Shown here piece by piece: positions 28,825-41,239 of a stretch of 64,000 nucleotides of DNA; position 1 is the first letter of the stretch, and every line of letters begins with the position of its first letter. The stretch spans positions 9,114,001 through 9,178,000 of the forward strand of contig OZ316775.1 of the NCBI GenBank assembly GCA_973851085.1, read 5' to 3'. The notes beneath the pieces were generated by a model. It was not told where the DNA came from. It did no database searches and saw only the letters and a program-made list of their open reading frames with translations. Made by a program: the position numbers and the translations under genes. Source of the stretch: Ptychomitrium polyphyllum (lineage: Eukaryota).

Positions 28825-30276
28825 ACTATTAGAGACACAAGAAACAAGTAGCAGAAACGAAGTGTTTCCCAAGAATTAGCTTCCAAAGAGCTAATGATTA
28901 ACAAGAACTTTGATACAAAGACTAGAACAAGGTAGGATTCAAGATGATCCACAACTTGTGTTGGCAAGACTAAGGAATACCTTGTCTTGCCTCCTATTTA
29001 TACTAGGACGTTTGTATCTCCTATGATACTTTCAAAGAAGCTTCCTGCAAGGCTTAAAAATGTTCTGGAAGTCTAAGGAACTTTCTTGGGAAGCTTCCTA
29101 AAAACATAAAAAAAACTATGGAGACATCTAAAAGTATTCTAAGAAACTATTCTAGTATACTAGAAGGTTCTAGAATGTTCTAAGGACTATGTTGCATAAT
29201 TTATGTCCGTGACAAATACTTTCAAATATCTCCATAGCCGTTTCTACGTTTTTAGAAAATTTCCTAGGAAAGTTCTACTACCTCTATAAACTTCCTAGGA
29301 AGGTTCCATCATCTCAGGAAACTTCCTAGGAAAGTTTCACCACCTCAAGAAATATCTTAGGAAGGTTTTCGCTCTTTAAAAATTCCTTAGGAAGGTTCCA
29401 CCATCTTAGGAAATTTCTTGGAAAGGTTCTATAGACTTCTAGAACATTCTTAAGCCTTGTAGGAAGCTTGAGTCTCTAATAGTTTGGCTAGACTACTCTT
29501 CATCTTTGTCAAAACTAAGGTTCTTTGAAAAAAATTATGGATTATCTATCTTTTTTAGGATTCCATAGCATCTTAGAGGTTGCAGATTACCCTCCTCTAA
29601 GCTGACACCATTAAATTAGTTTCTCCTTCTAAAACCAAGTATTATTTTTTCTGAAGAAGGATCAATCTTTCAAAGGACGTGGATTACCCTCTTTTGAAGG
29701 TATTCATAGTCTTCTTATCTTTGACAGTCTTAAGTAATAGATGACGTTTCTAAAACATCAGAGAATAATTTTCTAATTATTACAAACCTTCTAAAGGTAA
29801 TAAATACAGTTCAAACGGAACTTGCTCGCTTCAATACCATCAGTAATTTAGAGCAGCACACTTGGCAAGTTGAAGAATCCAATGGCGATATTCAAAGTCT
29901 ATACAAAGAGGTTGTTTTATTATAAGAGGCCAATATTGGAAGAGAAGGCTTACGTCAAAACCCTGCAGAGCTAAAGATTAGTATGCCAGACAAGTTTGAT
30001 AGATCAAGATCAAAGCTTAGAGGCTTTGTTTAATAAGTATGGCTCTTCTTTAGTTTGCATCAATCTTGCTATCTTGATGGCACAACTCAAGTAGGAATTT
30101 GTAGTAACTCTTTTTAAACAACACACTATTGTGGTTTGCACTATTAATAAAAAAAACAGCCACCATTATTGAACAACTTAGAAAATTTTATAGAAGCATT
30201 GACATCTACTTTTGAAGACACCAATTGATAGAAAGTGGCTGAAACAAGGATCTAGAGCCTACAACAAGGACAACGT

Positions 30277-31914
30277 TGTTGTTGTGAGAGTGGTAGTTAT
30301 AAGAAACACAAGGTCATTTTTTAACATCTAATTAATCAAGGTCAAGATGTATGAAGAGTTTTTATTTCTAACATCCAATGAAGCAAATACTATATCACAA
30401 AATTTTCCTCTACGTTGCCTTGAAAATTCCAAATGCCAAATATGTCATAACTTCTAACATCAATTCAAAGCATCTAAAATTTTAACAAAACCTTTTTAAA
30501 AAATTCAACATATTATATATAAATTTTGGTTGCCAAATTTTTAGTACCCTCTAAGATTCATAGCTTCAAATTTTACATTCTTCATTGCTACAGCTTCTAT
30601 ATCCTTATCACTTTACTACTTCATAACTCTCTTTTTATTGCAAATTCAAACTTTAAATTTGTGTATATAATATGTATCTTATAATAAATACCTTGTCAAA
30701 AGATCAATCTTAGAAATTCCTTCAATCATCTACAATAACCCAAATTGTGCAACTCCATTTCTATAATACATTGCCTTCTAAGTCCCGGTTGCATTTTTCT
30801 TTGTATCTTTTGCTCAAGAAGTCCAATGCTCACCAATTTTTGATGCCATCTTTCCAAAATAATTTAAACCTTTTATTCAAAATTCACTAATAAAGGATGT
30901 TTCTACAAGGAGTTACAAACATTCAAATAGCTGTCCTTAGTACCTCAAGGCAGCTAATTGAACTTTACTCAAACTAAAGCCACAACCACATACTAACTTC
31001 CAATGGAGCATGTGATGGCATTTTGAAAAGCCTACAAAGAAAAAAAAAGAAAATTTAACAAAAATCAATTCAAACTAAGAAGTATACTATGAGATTTTAC
31101 TCAAAGAAGAGCTGCCTTCTTATTCTAGTGGAAGAAGCCTAAAGAAAAGAAGAGGGTGGTGGTCAAACCGCCACATCCGCCTCTTATTACTCCACATCAG
31201 CTATATCTCTCCACATCAACTATATCTCTCCACATCAACTATATCTCTCCACATCAACTATATCTCTCCACATCAACTATATCTCTCCACATCAACTATA
31301 TCTCTCTACATCAACTATATCTCTCCACATCAGCCCCTAATCTCCTTTATCAAATCCTTATCTAACCATATCTTCAAATAAAAAACAATCTAAATCATTT
31401 TCTTTTGCTTTTCTTTCTTTTCTTTCTTTTGGTTGAAACTTCTAGGTTCCAACTACAAAGAAGATAAAATCAACCTTCACAAATTTAAAATTAAAATTAA
31501 AATTACTAAAATAAATTAAAGAAAGTAAGAAAAAGATTGAAATTCAATAAAAACAAGTTAAGAATAAAACCATTGTCGAAATAGGATCTCACATCAAGTC
31601 ATGAACTTAATTGATTGGATAAATTCTAGCTGCTGAACCGGTCCAAGTTTTATTCTTGTCAGATTTGTTGAATAAAACGACAGCATTTGACTTGGCATTG
31701 CTAGTGAAAATAGCAGGAAAAACTACAGTCAACCAGCCTAATCATTCTAAGCTAAGAGAAGATGCGGTTCCACCTCTAAGACAAATAAAAATTGTAGTTT
31801 CACCACAACCCTTTTTTTATCTAATTAATTCTTTTTCCTAATACTCTTTTTCAAATACACCAAATAACAAATACTACTCATGTTTTAAACTATATTGTTA
31901 AATACATCACAACA
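30277..31914. mobile_element. ~1.64-kb solo-LTR-like insertion of an unrelated family inside the gag of element B
   Basis: TGTTGT(TGT)GA...TCACAACA inverted termini; removing it restores the gag codons GGA CAG/A CGT TCA GCT; short (A/G)CGT target duplication. Confidence 0.75.
31190..31333. repeat. 19-bp minisatellite CTCCACATCAACTATATCT, ~7.5 copies
   Basis: Near-perfect tandem copies read directly from the sequence. Confidence 0.92.
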
Positions 31915-34641
31915 GCGTTCAGCTATTACATATGCTGCGGAGTTTCAACAACTAGCTTGCAACCTTGATTGGAATGATAAGGCCTTAGTCACATAATTCC
32001 AATGGGGCTTAAGAAAGAATGCAAAAGACTTGTTACTCACAATGCCAAGTATTGAAATATTGGACGAATTCATTACTCAAGCAATAGAATGTGACAATAG
32101 ACTATTTGAGAAGCGCCCAAAAACTACGCTTGAGATGGAAACTAATACATCAAAGTATGGCAACTACTTCTTTAAAAGTATCGGAAAGCCAACTATTAGG
32201 ACGAGAATCTATGGAAATTAATGTTGTCCAATTTAGACGTTTGACTATAGAAGAAAAATAAAAATGAAGAGACAACTTATGTTTATATTGTGGCAAGACT
32301 GGACATAAAATGCACAATTACCAAATAAAAAGATTTGCCTCTAAGCCTCAAAGCACAAAAATGGAGTTAAAAACAAGGCTATCCAATCACAATAATGACC
32401 ATGCAACTAAACACCACAAGAAAACAACTATCAAATCAAGGTCTTTTACTACCTTCAAGCCCTACCTCTTGTTTTATATTTCTTATCAAAATTAAGTTAT
32501 TAAATGATGAAATAATTAGTGAACCTCTTTTTGACACTGGTACAACGGCATGCTTGATGGATAAGGATTTTGCAACCAAACACCACATACTGCTAGTGAA
32601 AAAAAAACATCCCGCACATGTTGAAGTTATTAACAAACGGTCTTTTGCATCTAGTAATGTTATTGAAGAAATTCAACTATTGGTGGTTGTTTTAAGAAAC
32701 CAAGTATCTAAGATTGTCTTCAACATCATTCAATGCCAAACAAATCCTATTGCCTTGGACCTTCTATTGTTTGAATTACATAATCCAATCACTAATTAGT
32801 ACTCATAAAGTGCGGTCTCAAGGAAAAGACAACAAGGTACAAAAAGTCTTGAACCATCATTTATTGGAGCTAAGGCGTTCATGAGAGCAACAAAGGATAA
32901 ACCAATTTATGTCATTTATGCTACGCCAATGTCCAGTTGTATACTAAAAACTAATCAGGAAATATATTATTAATATTAAGATTATATAAACATTTTTGAG
33001 AAGAAAAATCTCGACATATTACCAAAGCATTGCCCTTATGATTGTGCCATTTAGTTGTAAGAAGGAGCTCAACCACCTTTTGGACGTATTTATAACCTAA
33101 CATAAATCAAGTTGATTGCCTTTGAGAGAATATATTGTTGAAAACCTTGAAAAAGACTTCCTCCAATACTTGAAATCACTTATTGAAGCACCCATTTTAT
33201 TTGTAAAGAAAAATGATGGATCATTATGTATGTGCGTAAACTATCAAGGCTTCAATAAAATAACAAAAAAAAATCACTATCCATTATTATTAATCTCAAG
33301 ATGCCTACAACAACTTGGCCAAGCAAAGATATTCACCAAAATTTATCTTAAAAGAGCATACAATCTTATACACATCAAAGAAGGAAACAAATGAAAGACA
33401 ACATTTTGATCCAAGTATGGTCATTTTGAATATAATGTCATGCCTTTTGGCCTTACTAATGCTCCCGCAGTCTTCCAACATATGATGAATGATATCTTCC
33501 ATGAACATTTGGAAGATTTTATAGTCAATTACTTGGATGACATTTTGATATACTCAAAGGATGAACAAGACCACAAATGTCATGTGCGACTGGTCTTAGA
33601 AAAACTATGCCAGCAAAAATGATATGCCAAATTAGAGAAGTGCTTTTTCCATGAATTTTTGGTTGAATTTTTAAGCTACATCATTTCTAAAGGAGGAATC
33701 CATATGAATGAGAAGAAAATAAACATTGTCATAGAGTGGAATATGCCAAGATAAATTTGAAATGTTTAATGCTTCTTAGAATTTGCAAAATTTTACAGCA
33801 TATTTATTAAGGACTATTCCAAGATTGCGGCACAACATATAAGATTTAAAGGAAAGCAAAAATTCACTTGGGATGAAGAAACGGAAAGAATATTTCAAGG
33901 TCTTTAGAATTAATTCACGTCCGCTCCAATTCTTATTCATCCAAATCCATCAAAGTCTTTCTATTTGGAAGTGGATGCCTCAGATTTTGCACTTGGTTCA
34001 GTACTCTCACAATATAATAAAGACAAGATTTTCTACCTTATTGCCTTTTGTTCAAGAAAGTTCTCAACAATAGAAATCAACTATGATATATATAATAAAG
34101 AACTACTTGCAATTGTGGATGCATTTGAGGAATGGCGATACTTGTTGGAAGGAGCTCAACATATCATCACGATATACACAGACCACAAGAACTTGGAGTA
34201 TTTCATGAGTACGCGTGTTTTGAATTGCCGTCAAGCAAACTGGAATATGTCGCTTTCTAGATTTGACTTTGTCATTACCTATCGACCTGGTAGCTTACAA
34301 GGTAAACTAGATGTCCTATCTTGAAGATCTTATTTAGCTTGTCAACCTGACAATGAAGTTTTGAATCAACAAAAGACTATTTTATTCAATTGAGAGAATC
34401 TTCAATTGAAAGCAACGATTATTACCACAACATCCCATCTTGACGAAATTTGGAAGGCTTTGAAGAATGATGTCTTTATTTTAAATATAAGGAAGCGCCT
34501 CAAAGATAATGGAGATCTTTCAAATAGCGATGAAGACTTTGAATTCCAAGAGGGTCTACTTTATTATAAAGGACTTTTGTACCTCCCTCTAGGCCCTTCA
34601 TGGTTGAAGATCTTTCAAGCACGTCATGATTTTCCAGCAGC

Positions 34642-35361
34642 TGTTGTGGACACAAGAAATAAGAAGCAGAAAGGAAGTGTTTCCCAAGAATTAGCTTCCA
34701 AAGAGCTAATGATTAACAAGAACTTTGATACAAAGACTAAAACAAGGCAGGATTCAAGATGATCTACAACTTGTGTTGGCAAGACTAAAGAATACCTTGT
34801 CTTGCCTTCTATTTATACTATGACGTTTGTATCTCCTAGGATACTTCTAAAGAAGCTTCCTACAAGGCTTAAGAATATTTTGGAAATCTAGGGAACCTTT
34901 CCAAGAAGTTTCCTAAGATGATGGAACCTTCCTAAGAAACTTCCAAGGAGTTGGAACCTTCCTTGGAAGTTTTCCTATGGTAGCGGAACCTTCTTAAGAA
35001 GTCTCCTAAAGAGGTAGAACCTTCCTAGGAAGTTTCCTTAAATGATGGAACTTTCCTAGGAATTTTCTTAAGATGATGGAATCTTCGTAGGAAGTTTCCT
35101 AGGAATTACCTAAGATGATAGAACCTTCTTAGGAAATTTCCTAAGGAGATGGAATCTTTGTAGGAAGTTTCCTAGGAAATTACCTAAGATGATAGAACCT
35201 TCTTAGGAAATTTTCTAAGGTGGAGGAATTTTCGTAGGAAGCTTCTTAAGAACATGGATAGGCTATGGAGACATTTATAAGTATTCTAAGAAGCTATTTT
35301 AGTATATTAGAAGGTTCTAGAATGTTCTAATGACTATGTTGCATGATCTATGTCCATGACA
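34642..35361 (-). mobile_element. Solo LTR of the element A/B family inserted in the integrase of element B
   Basis: TGTTGTGGACAC...CATGACA, homologous to the element A LTR; TSD GCAGC/GCAGT; the integrase frame HDFPAA|.HFGFNK resumes after it. Confidence 0.92.
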
Positions 35362-38300
35362 GCAGTATGACATTTTGGATTCAATAAAACAATAAAGTTG
35401 ATTGCTAGAGACTATTGATGGCCACAAATGTAAAAATACGTGAAGGACTTTGTTCCATCATGCGACACTTGTACAAGAGCCAAGGTACAAAGGCACCAAC
35501 CTCATAATCTCCTCCATCCGCTTCCTGTGCCAAAGGACCCATGGTTGTTTTTATCAATGGATTTTATCACAAACCTTCCAAACTCTAATTCTAAGGATTC
35601 TATTTTGGTAGTGGTGGATCGATTTATCAAAATGGCATATTTCATTCCATGCAACAAGACAATAACGGGATAAGAAACTGCCAAGTGGTTCGTAAATCAC
35701 GTCTACCGCATACATGGACTACTAGATGATATTGTATCCGATTGAGGGCCACAATACTTTTCCAACTTTTAGAGGGCCCTATTCCAACTGTTGCGTATAA
35801 AGATCAACCTTCCTTTAGTATACCATCCACAAACTGATGGCCAAACGGAACGTGTGAATCAAATTTTGGAGCAGTACCTTTGTTGTAGCATAAACTATCA
35901 GCAAGACAATTGGATGGACCTCTTGCCTTTGGCAGAGTTTGCTTACAATAATACGGTGCATTCTTCAACAACTCAAAGTCCATTCTTTGCAAACTATGGG
36001 CATCATCTTCGAGTAGATTTATTTCAAGTGAAGCATGTTGGAAGTCCTGCAACAGAAGATTTTGCAATTCAACTTGCTAAAATCCATCAAGAAATTACCT
36101 TCCAGTTACAACAAGCTCAAAATTGTTACAAAACTTATGCAGATTGCCATTGAAAGGACCGTCCAAAGTTCACGGTTGGAGATAGCGTATGGCTTCTACA
36201 ACAAAATATACAAACAAAAAGACCATCAAAGAAGTTGGACTATCAAAGGTTGGGACCATTTGAAATCAGCAAACAGATAAATCCGGTTAGTTATGGCCTA
36301 AAGCTACCACCAAGCATGCAAATTCATCCAATATTCCATGTATTGTTGTTGGAAACCTATAATAAGTCATGTATACCAGAGAAAATTGACCCTCCGCCTC
36401 CTCCGCTGGAAATCAATAATAAAATTGAATATGAAATCGAAGAGATCTTAGATTCATGCATCAAGAACGGATGTGTGGAGTATTTTACACATTGGAAAGG
36501 ATATGGCATCAATGACCAAACATGGGAACCTTCAACAAATGTACCATATACATTTGAGAAGGTACGCAAATTTCATCAAAGATATCTTCAGAAACCAGGT
36601 CAGTGATGATGTATCATCAAGAGTCGTTAGCTTCACACAAAAGTTTTTTCCTTCATAGACAAGTATAACAAGGGAGGAGAGATATCCAAAACCTCTAATT
36701 GTATGTAGTATTATTTTCAAGATAGATCATTTTTAGATCCTAGCTAGTATGTCAAATCTTTGTGTTATCATGGATATGCGTAAAGAACAGTTGGCCAGGT
36801 CTTCATCAACAACAGCATCTGTTGAGCCAACTCAACTTTCTTAGCCCTCCGTAACGAAGGATCTAAGCCAAGATATGAGAGAAACATTCCAAAGTTGAGT
36901 ACAACCTTGTGCAGAAGTATTGACTAGTCGCCCTTCACATTCTAATCTTAATTAAGATGCTCGCTCTTGAATCATCTTGTTAGAAATTGGAAGAGTCACT
37001 CCTGGAGGACCCGAAATCTTATTTGGAGGATGTTTTGAAGGACTTAATCAAGATCACATCTTGGAATGGAACATTTCAACAACAGAAGTCTTAGCTGGTG
37101 GTCATTGGCACTTCTTGCAAGGACCAGTTGAACCAGTGAATAAAGAACAACAAGCAGAGTATGTTGCTTCACTTCATTGACAAATTTTGGAATTAGTAGA
37201 AATGTGACAAGCAAACCAAGAAAAGAGCTCCTCATGGGACTGGTCATTATATGGGGAGGTGATGTCACGGACATAGATCATGCAACATAGTCTTTAGAAC
37301 ATTCTAGAACCTTCTAGTATACTATAATAGCTTCTTAGAATACTTTTAAATGTCTCGACAGCCTTTCCATATTTTTAGGAACCTTCCTTGGAAAGTTCTT
37401 CCATCTTAGAAAACTTTCTAAGAAAGTTCCATCATTTTAAATAACTTCTTAGAAAACTTCCTACAAAGATTTTATCATTTTAGAATATTTTCTAAGAAAG
37501 TTCCATCACCTTAGGAAACTTCCTAGGAAGATTCTACCTCTTTAGGAAACTTCCAAAGAAGGTTTCGTTACTTTAGAAAACTTCCAAGGAAGGTTCCAAT
37601 TCCTTGAAAGCTTCTTAGAAAGGTTCCACCATCTTAGAAAACTTCCTAAGAAAGTTTCGTCAATTTAAGTAACTTCTTAGAAAACTTCCTACAAAGATTT
37701 TATCATCTTAGGAAACTTCCAGAGAAGGTTCCAACTCCTTGGAAGCTTCTTAGGAAGATTCCACCATCTTAGGAAACTTCTTGGGAAGATTTCATAGACT
37801 TCCAGAACATTCTTAAACCATGTAGGAAGCCTTTTTAAAAATATCCTAAAAGATACAAACATCATAGTATAAATAGGAGGCAAGACAAGGTATGCCTTAG
37901 TCTTGCCAATACAAGTTATGGATCATTTTGAATCCTGCCTTGTTCTAGTCTTTGTATCAAGTTCTTGTTAATCATTAGCTCTTTGGAAGCTAATTCTTGG
38001 GAAACATTTCGTTTTTGCTTCTTGTTTCTTGTGTTCCTAATACCTATTGCCCCAATTCATTGGTGTTATCCAACAATTACCACTATTTTTCACCAATCAT
38101 ATTAAAAATACCATGAAAGAGAAGAAATATTGTAAAGTATGATACAACAAAGAAGGATCATTGAGAGTTCTTCACTGTGAATTATACCTCTACAAAGAGG
38201 TTACATGGAAAACCTTAAACCCTAATCTTAAATTTACTCATTCTCATGTAATTTTACATACAAATGTTTGTTTGTACAATCCATTATTTATACAATGATT

Positions 38301-39568
38301 AATACATATTAGTCAAAACATCATATATTAGTAGGACTAACAAAAATAAAGTTTATCAAAGGTGGATTTTACAAAGGAGAGACCATAGATTCTCTTAAGT
38401 TATTTAACATTAATCATATAACTTTTTCATGTGTATTTTATATGAAAGTGTCAAAATGATAACAATTAGGGCATTTCAACATTTAAAGAGATAACATTTA
38501 AGAAGGGTCATTATATAACATTATGTAAACACAGTATTCAAAAGGTATTAACACTGCACGACATGTTTTCACATAAATATAACATAAATGTAACAAAATA
38601 TTAAGTAAGTTGCAACTTGTTCGAGCATGACATCTTTGGAACGTTCCACGTCTGTTTCTGAAACTGGTAACGTGTACTGAAGAACGAAAGATGACAGCAA
38701 CTGTACACACTTCTGGCCTGGTATTTTCCGACTGCTACAGAATCTCCGCTGTGAAAATCGGTAAACCGTGGTACAGACTTATCTCCCCGAATCATGGTGT
38801 TACTCTGGTTCTCCATTGGCCTAGTTTTATGCTATGTTAGAAAGAGCGGCCTGATCTGTGGGACGAGATTGTGGTGAAGATTGCAGTATATCGCGAAGCA
38901 TTCAAAGCCCTGATCATACCTCAACCTTCTACGTTTGTGTTCGAGCCGAGATTATCAAGCGACTATTGTGAGAGATCCTGGACGCTTGTGTATGGAGGCT
39001 TTCAAAGGGTGACATAGCTACAATTGCGTATTCCTGCAACAGGAGTCTCCTACCACAGGAAGACGCATGTTATTCTTTTTGTGGAACGTACCACCATTCT
39101 TTTTTCAGTATATGCTGGCACTTCAGTACTAAGTATAGTGGCTCTGACACTGCTTTACTTCTTTGACAAGGTTTGTCGACAATTCCGGTAGTTTCTCCAC
39201 CAGATGAGTTTGTGCTGTCTGTGGGTTATATACTACAGTAGGTCGGGGATAAGTATGCTTTGAGACATGGTGTGACTAGGAGTTGGGTCTTGTGTGGTTT
39301 TGCATTGGTTGCATGAAATAGTCGCTGTCGAAGAAGTTGCGTTGCTTTGCACCACCAGGCTTGCTCCATTTAGTTTTCATGCCTGAAGTTGAGAGAGTAT
39401 TATAAAGAGCTATAGGTCTGCAGCAAGTACGTAGATCATGTCTTTCATGAGACACTCATGATCTAAGTCTTTGACCGGAGGCAGAGAGACCTCAGATTTC
39501 CGTAGCCTTCTTTTCTTTTCTTCCTGCAAGACTTCCGTACAATTCATCATTGAAAACATCATCCTATA

Positions 39569-41239
39569 ATGGCTCTGTACACCAACGTTTCCATTTTTTT
39601 TCTCTCACTTCTAGCCTACCCTTTCCAAACCTGTGGTCAGCCAACTCCCGAGCTCTTCCACACCGGCAACGAAGGGAAGGCTGGCCTTCTATGGACCTCC
39701 ATTGGTCTTGCAGTTCTCACCTCTCTGCTCCAGGGTCTCGTCACAACGGTGATCGCCATCGCGGAAGATCAAGGCATGTGGACATTTCGCTTCCGCATAG
39801 CAAGGTACGAACACCATTGGTGGACAGCAATCTCAACATTGCTATTCATGTCATTTGCCCTCATCGCTGTGTCGTTCCTCTCCGGCAACAACAACGACTC
39901 CCTCGGTGTCCTCGCTCTCTCCACAGCGACGGCTATCGCTATTGTCCGCTATGCTGTGCCAGCATGGCGAAATCGACACTACATTCAGAATCGATGGCAA
40001 GCCTGGACCGGCAACAGCCGAACAGCGATCAAGGTATCCTTCGTCAGTATGGTTGGTAATAAAGCCCAGTGGCTGAAGCTTGCAGCCGTTGGAGGGCAAT
40101 CCAAGGCAGTTGTACCAGCACCATCGGATGAATGGGGATGGACACTGATACCAGCTCCAGGGCTATGGCAAGACCCCACCGCTCTCCTATCTAGGCTTGG
40201 GGAGGAAAAAACAGGATTTGCCGTCGGTAACGATAAGGATTGGCCACTGGGTCCTTGCTTTTACGACGACGGATTCCACGAGTTGCGTGGATCAATATCA
40301 CTGCTCTGGGGAGAACATATTGGATTTCGGAAGCGAGTGACGCGAGCCGTGAACAGCATGCCAGCGGGACTGCTTCAAGCACGCCCCTTTACCGTAGATG
40401 GGTACAACGGAGAAGGTCTGTGCCTTGCTTTAGGAATTCTGGGGCGTTCCAAAGGTCTCGATCCCCGCTCCTATGTGTTTGATTACCAAGACAAACTGAA
40501 GCAATCTCGCGGTATCACGAGAGACAGAAGTGGCCTGAAAATTGCCGCGGAGCTGGAGAATACGTCTACTTGGTCGCCACGGCCAAACAAGGTGATGCGA
40601 AGCTATTACAAAAGATCGATTGATGAGCAATTCGGGGAGCTTTCTGAAAGTTTCTGCGGTGCTGCAACTGAACTTGCATTGTTGCTGCTGGACTGCACGC
40701 CACAAGCAATTCGGAGTTGGCTTGGGAACAGACTCGATCAACAGTCAATAGAGGTCAACTATATGATGTCACAACGACCCACCCCACTCCACTTCAACCC
40801 GGACCTGACCGCCACCCCGCTACAACTCCAAACCTTGTACCGAGCCAGCTACACCTCCATGATTATCTCCCTCAATTACTACACTCCCTGCAGCACAAGT
40901 TCAGATAAGATTGTCAGAATGAGTCGACCAGTGCGGCCGGATCTCATCTGCTTCACCTTGCTGTACCTCGCAGAAGGAGCGGTGGAGACGAGCGATGGAA
41001 GTGGTAGGATTAAAGAAGGTCCTGGGGCAGCTGAGCCTCGTTGGTGGCGTCAAGCTTGGGTTGATGCACGCTTGACGGCAGAGCGTAATAGCCTCACGCC
41101 AAACTTCAGGGAAGCGTCAGCTTGGCTGCTGGGACTCCAGCGGTGGCCTGAAGAGCTGGATCAGTGGCCGGCGTGGCCTGACATCAAGTATAAACCGGTG
41201 TTTAGCGATGAACTGCTAGACATAGTTGTCAGACCCTAG
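39569..41239 (+). CDS. Intronless 556-aa protein with N-terminal signal/anchor and ~3-4 hydrophobic segments; uncharacterised, fungal-like
   Basis: Long uninterrupted ORF with balanced codon usage; TATA-like TATAAA at 39401; hydrophobic stretches within aa 1-130; Trp-rich soluble C-terminal region. Confidence 0.85.
   Translation: MALYTNVSIFFLSLLAYPFQTCGQPTPELFHTGNEGKAGLLWTSIGLAVLTSLLQGLVTTVIAIAEDQGMWTFRFRIARYEHHWWTAISTLLFMSFALIAVSFLSGNNNDSLGVLALSTATAIAIVRYAVPAWRNRHYIQNRWQAWTGNSRTAIKVSFVSMVGNKAQWLKLAAVGGQSKAVVPAPSDEWGWTLIPAPGLWQDPTALLSRLGEEKTGFAVGNDKDWPLGPCFYDDGFHELRGSISLLWGEHIGFRKRVTRAVNSMPAGLLQARPFTVDGYNGEGLCLALGILGRSKGLDPRSYVFDYQDKLKQSRGITRDRSGLKIAAELENTSTWSPRPNKVMRSYYKRSIDEQFGELSESFCGAATELALLLLDCTPQAIRSWLGNRLDQQSIEVNYMMSQRPTPLHFNPDLTATPLQLQTLYRASYTSMIISLNYYTPCSTSSDKIVRMSRPVRPDLICFTLLYLAEGAVETSDGSGRIKEGPGAAEPRWWRQAWVDARLTAERNSLTPNFREASAWLLGLQRWPEELDQWPAWPDIKYKPVFSDELLDIVVRP

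Larger units (their letters stand above)
22788..29214 (-). mobile_element. Near-intact Ty3/Gypsy chromovirus, element A (Tcn1/Tf1-sushi-like); 5' LTR 28827..29214, 3' LTR 22788..23433, 5-bp TSD AATAC
   Basis: TSD AATAC at 22783..22787 and 29215..29219; TG...CA termini; PPT 23434..23449; order gag, protease, RT, RNase H, integrase, chromodomain. Confidence 0.97.
22697..38042 (+). mobile_element. Gypsy chromovirus element B (degenerate, composite): 5' LTR 22697..22787 + 29220..~29481, gag-pol ~29740..36606, 3' LTR 37263..38042; interrupted by three insertions
   Basis: LTRs start TGTCACGG; purine tract before the 3' LTR (37251..37262); fragmented gag, protease, RT (YLDD), RNase H, integrase and chromodomain ORFs. 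Flanks (ATGTC / CCTAT) do not form a TSD. Confidence 0.9.
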
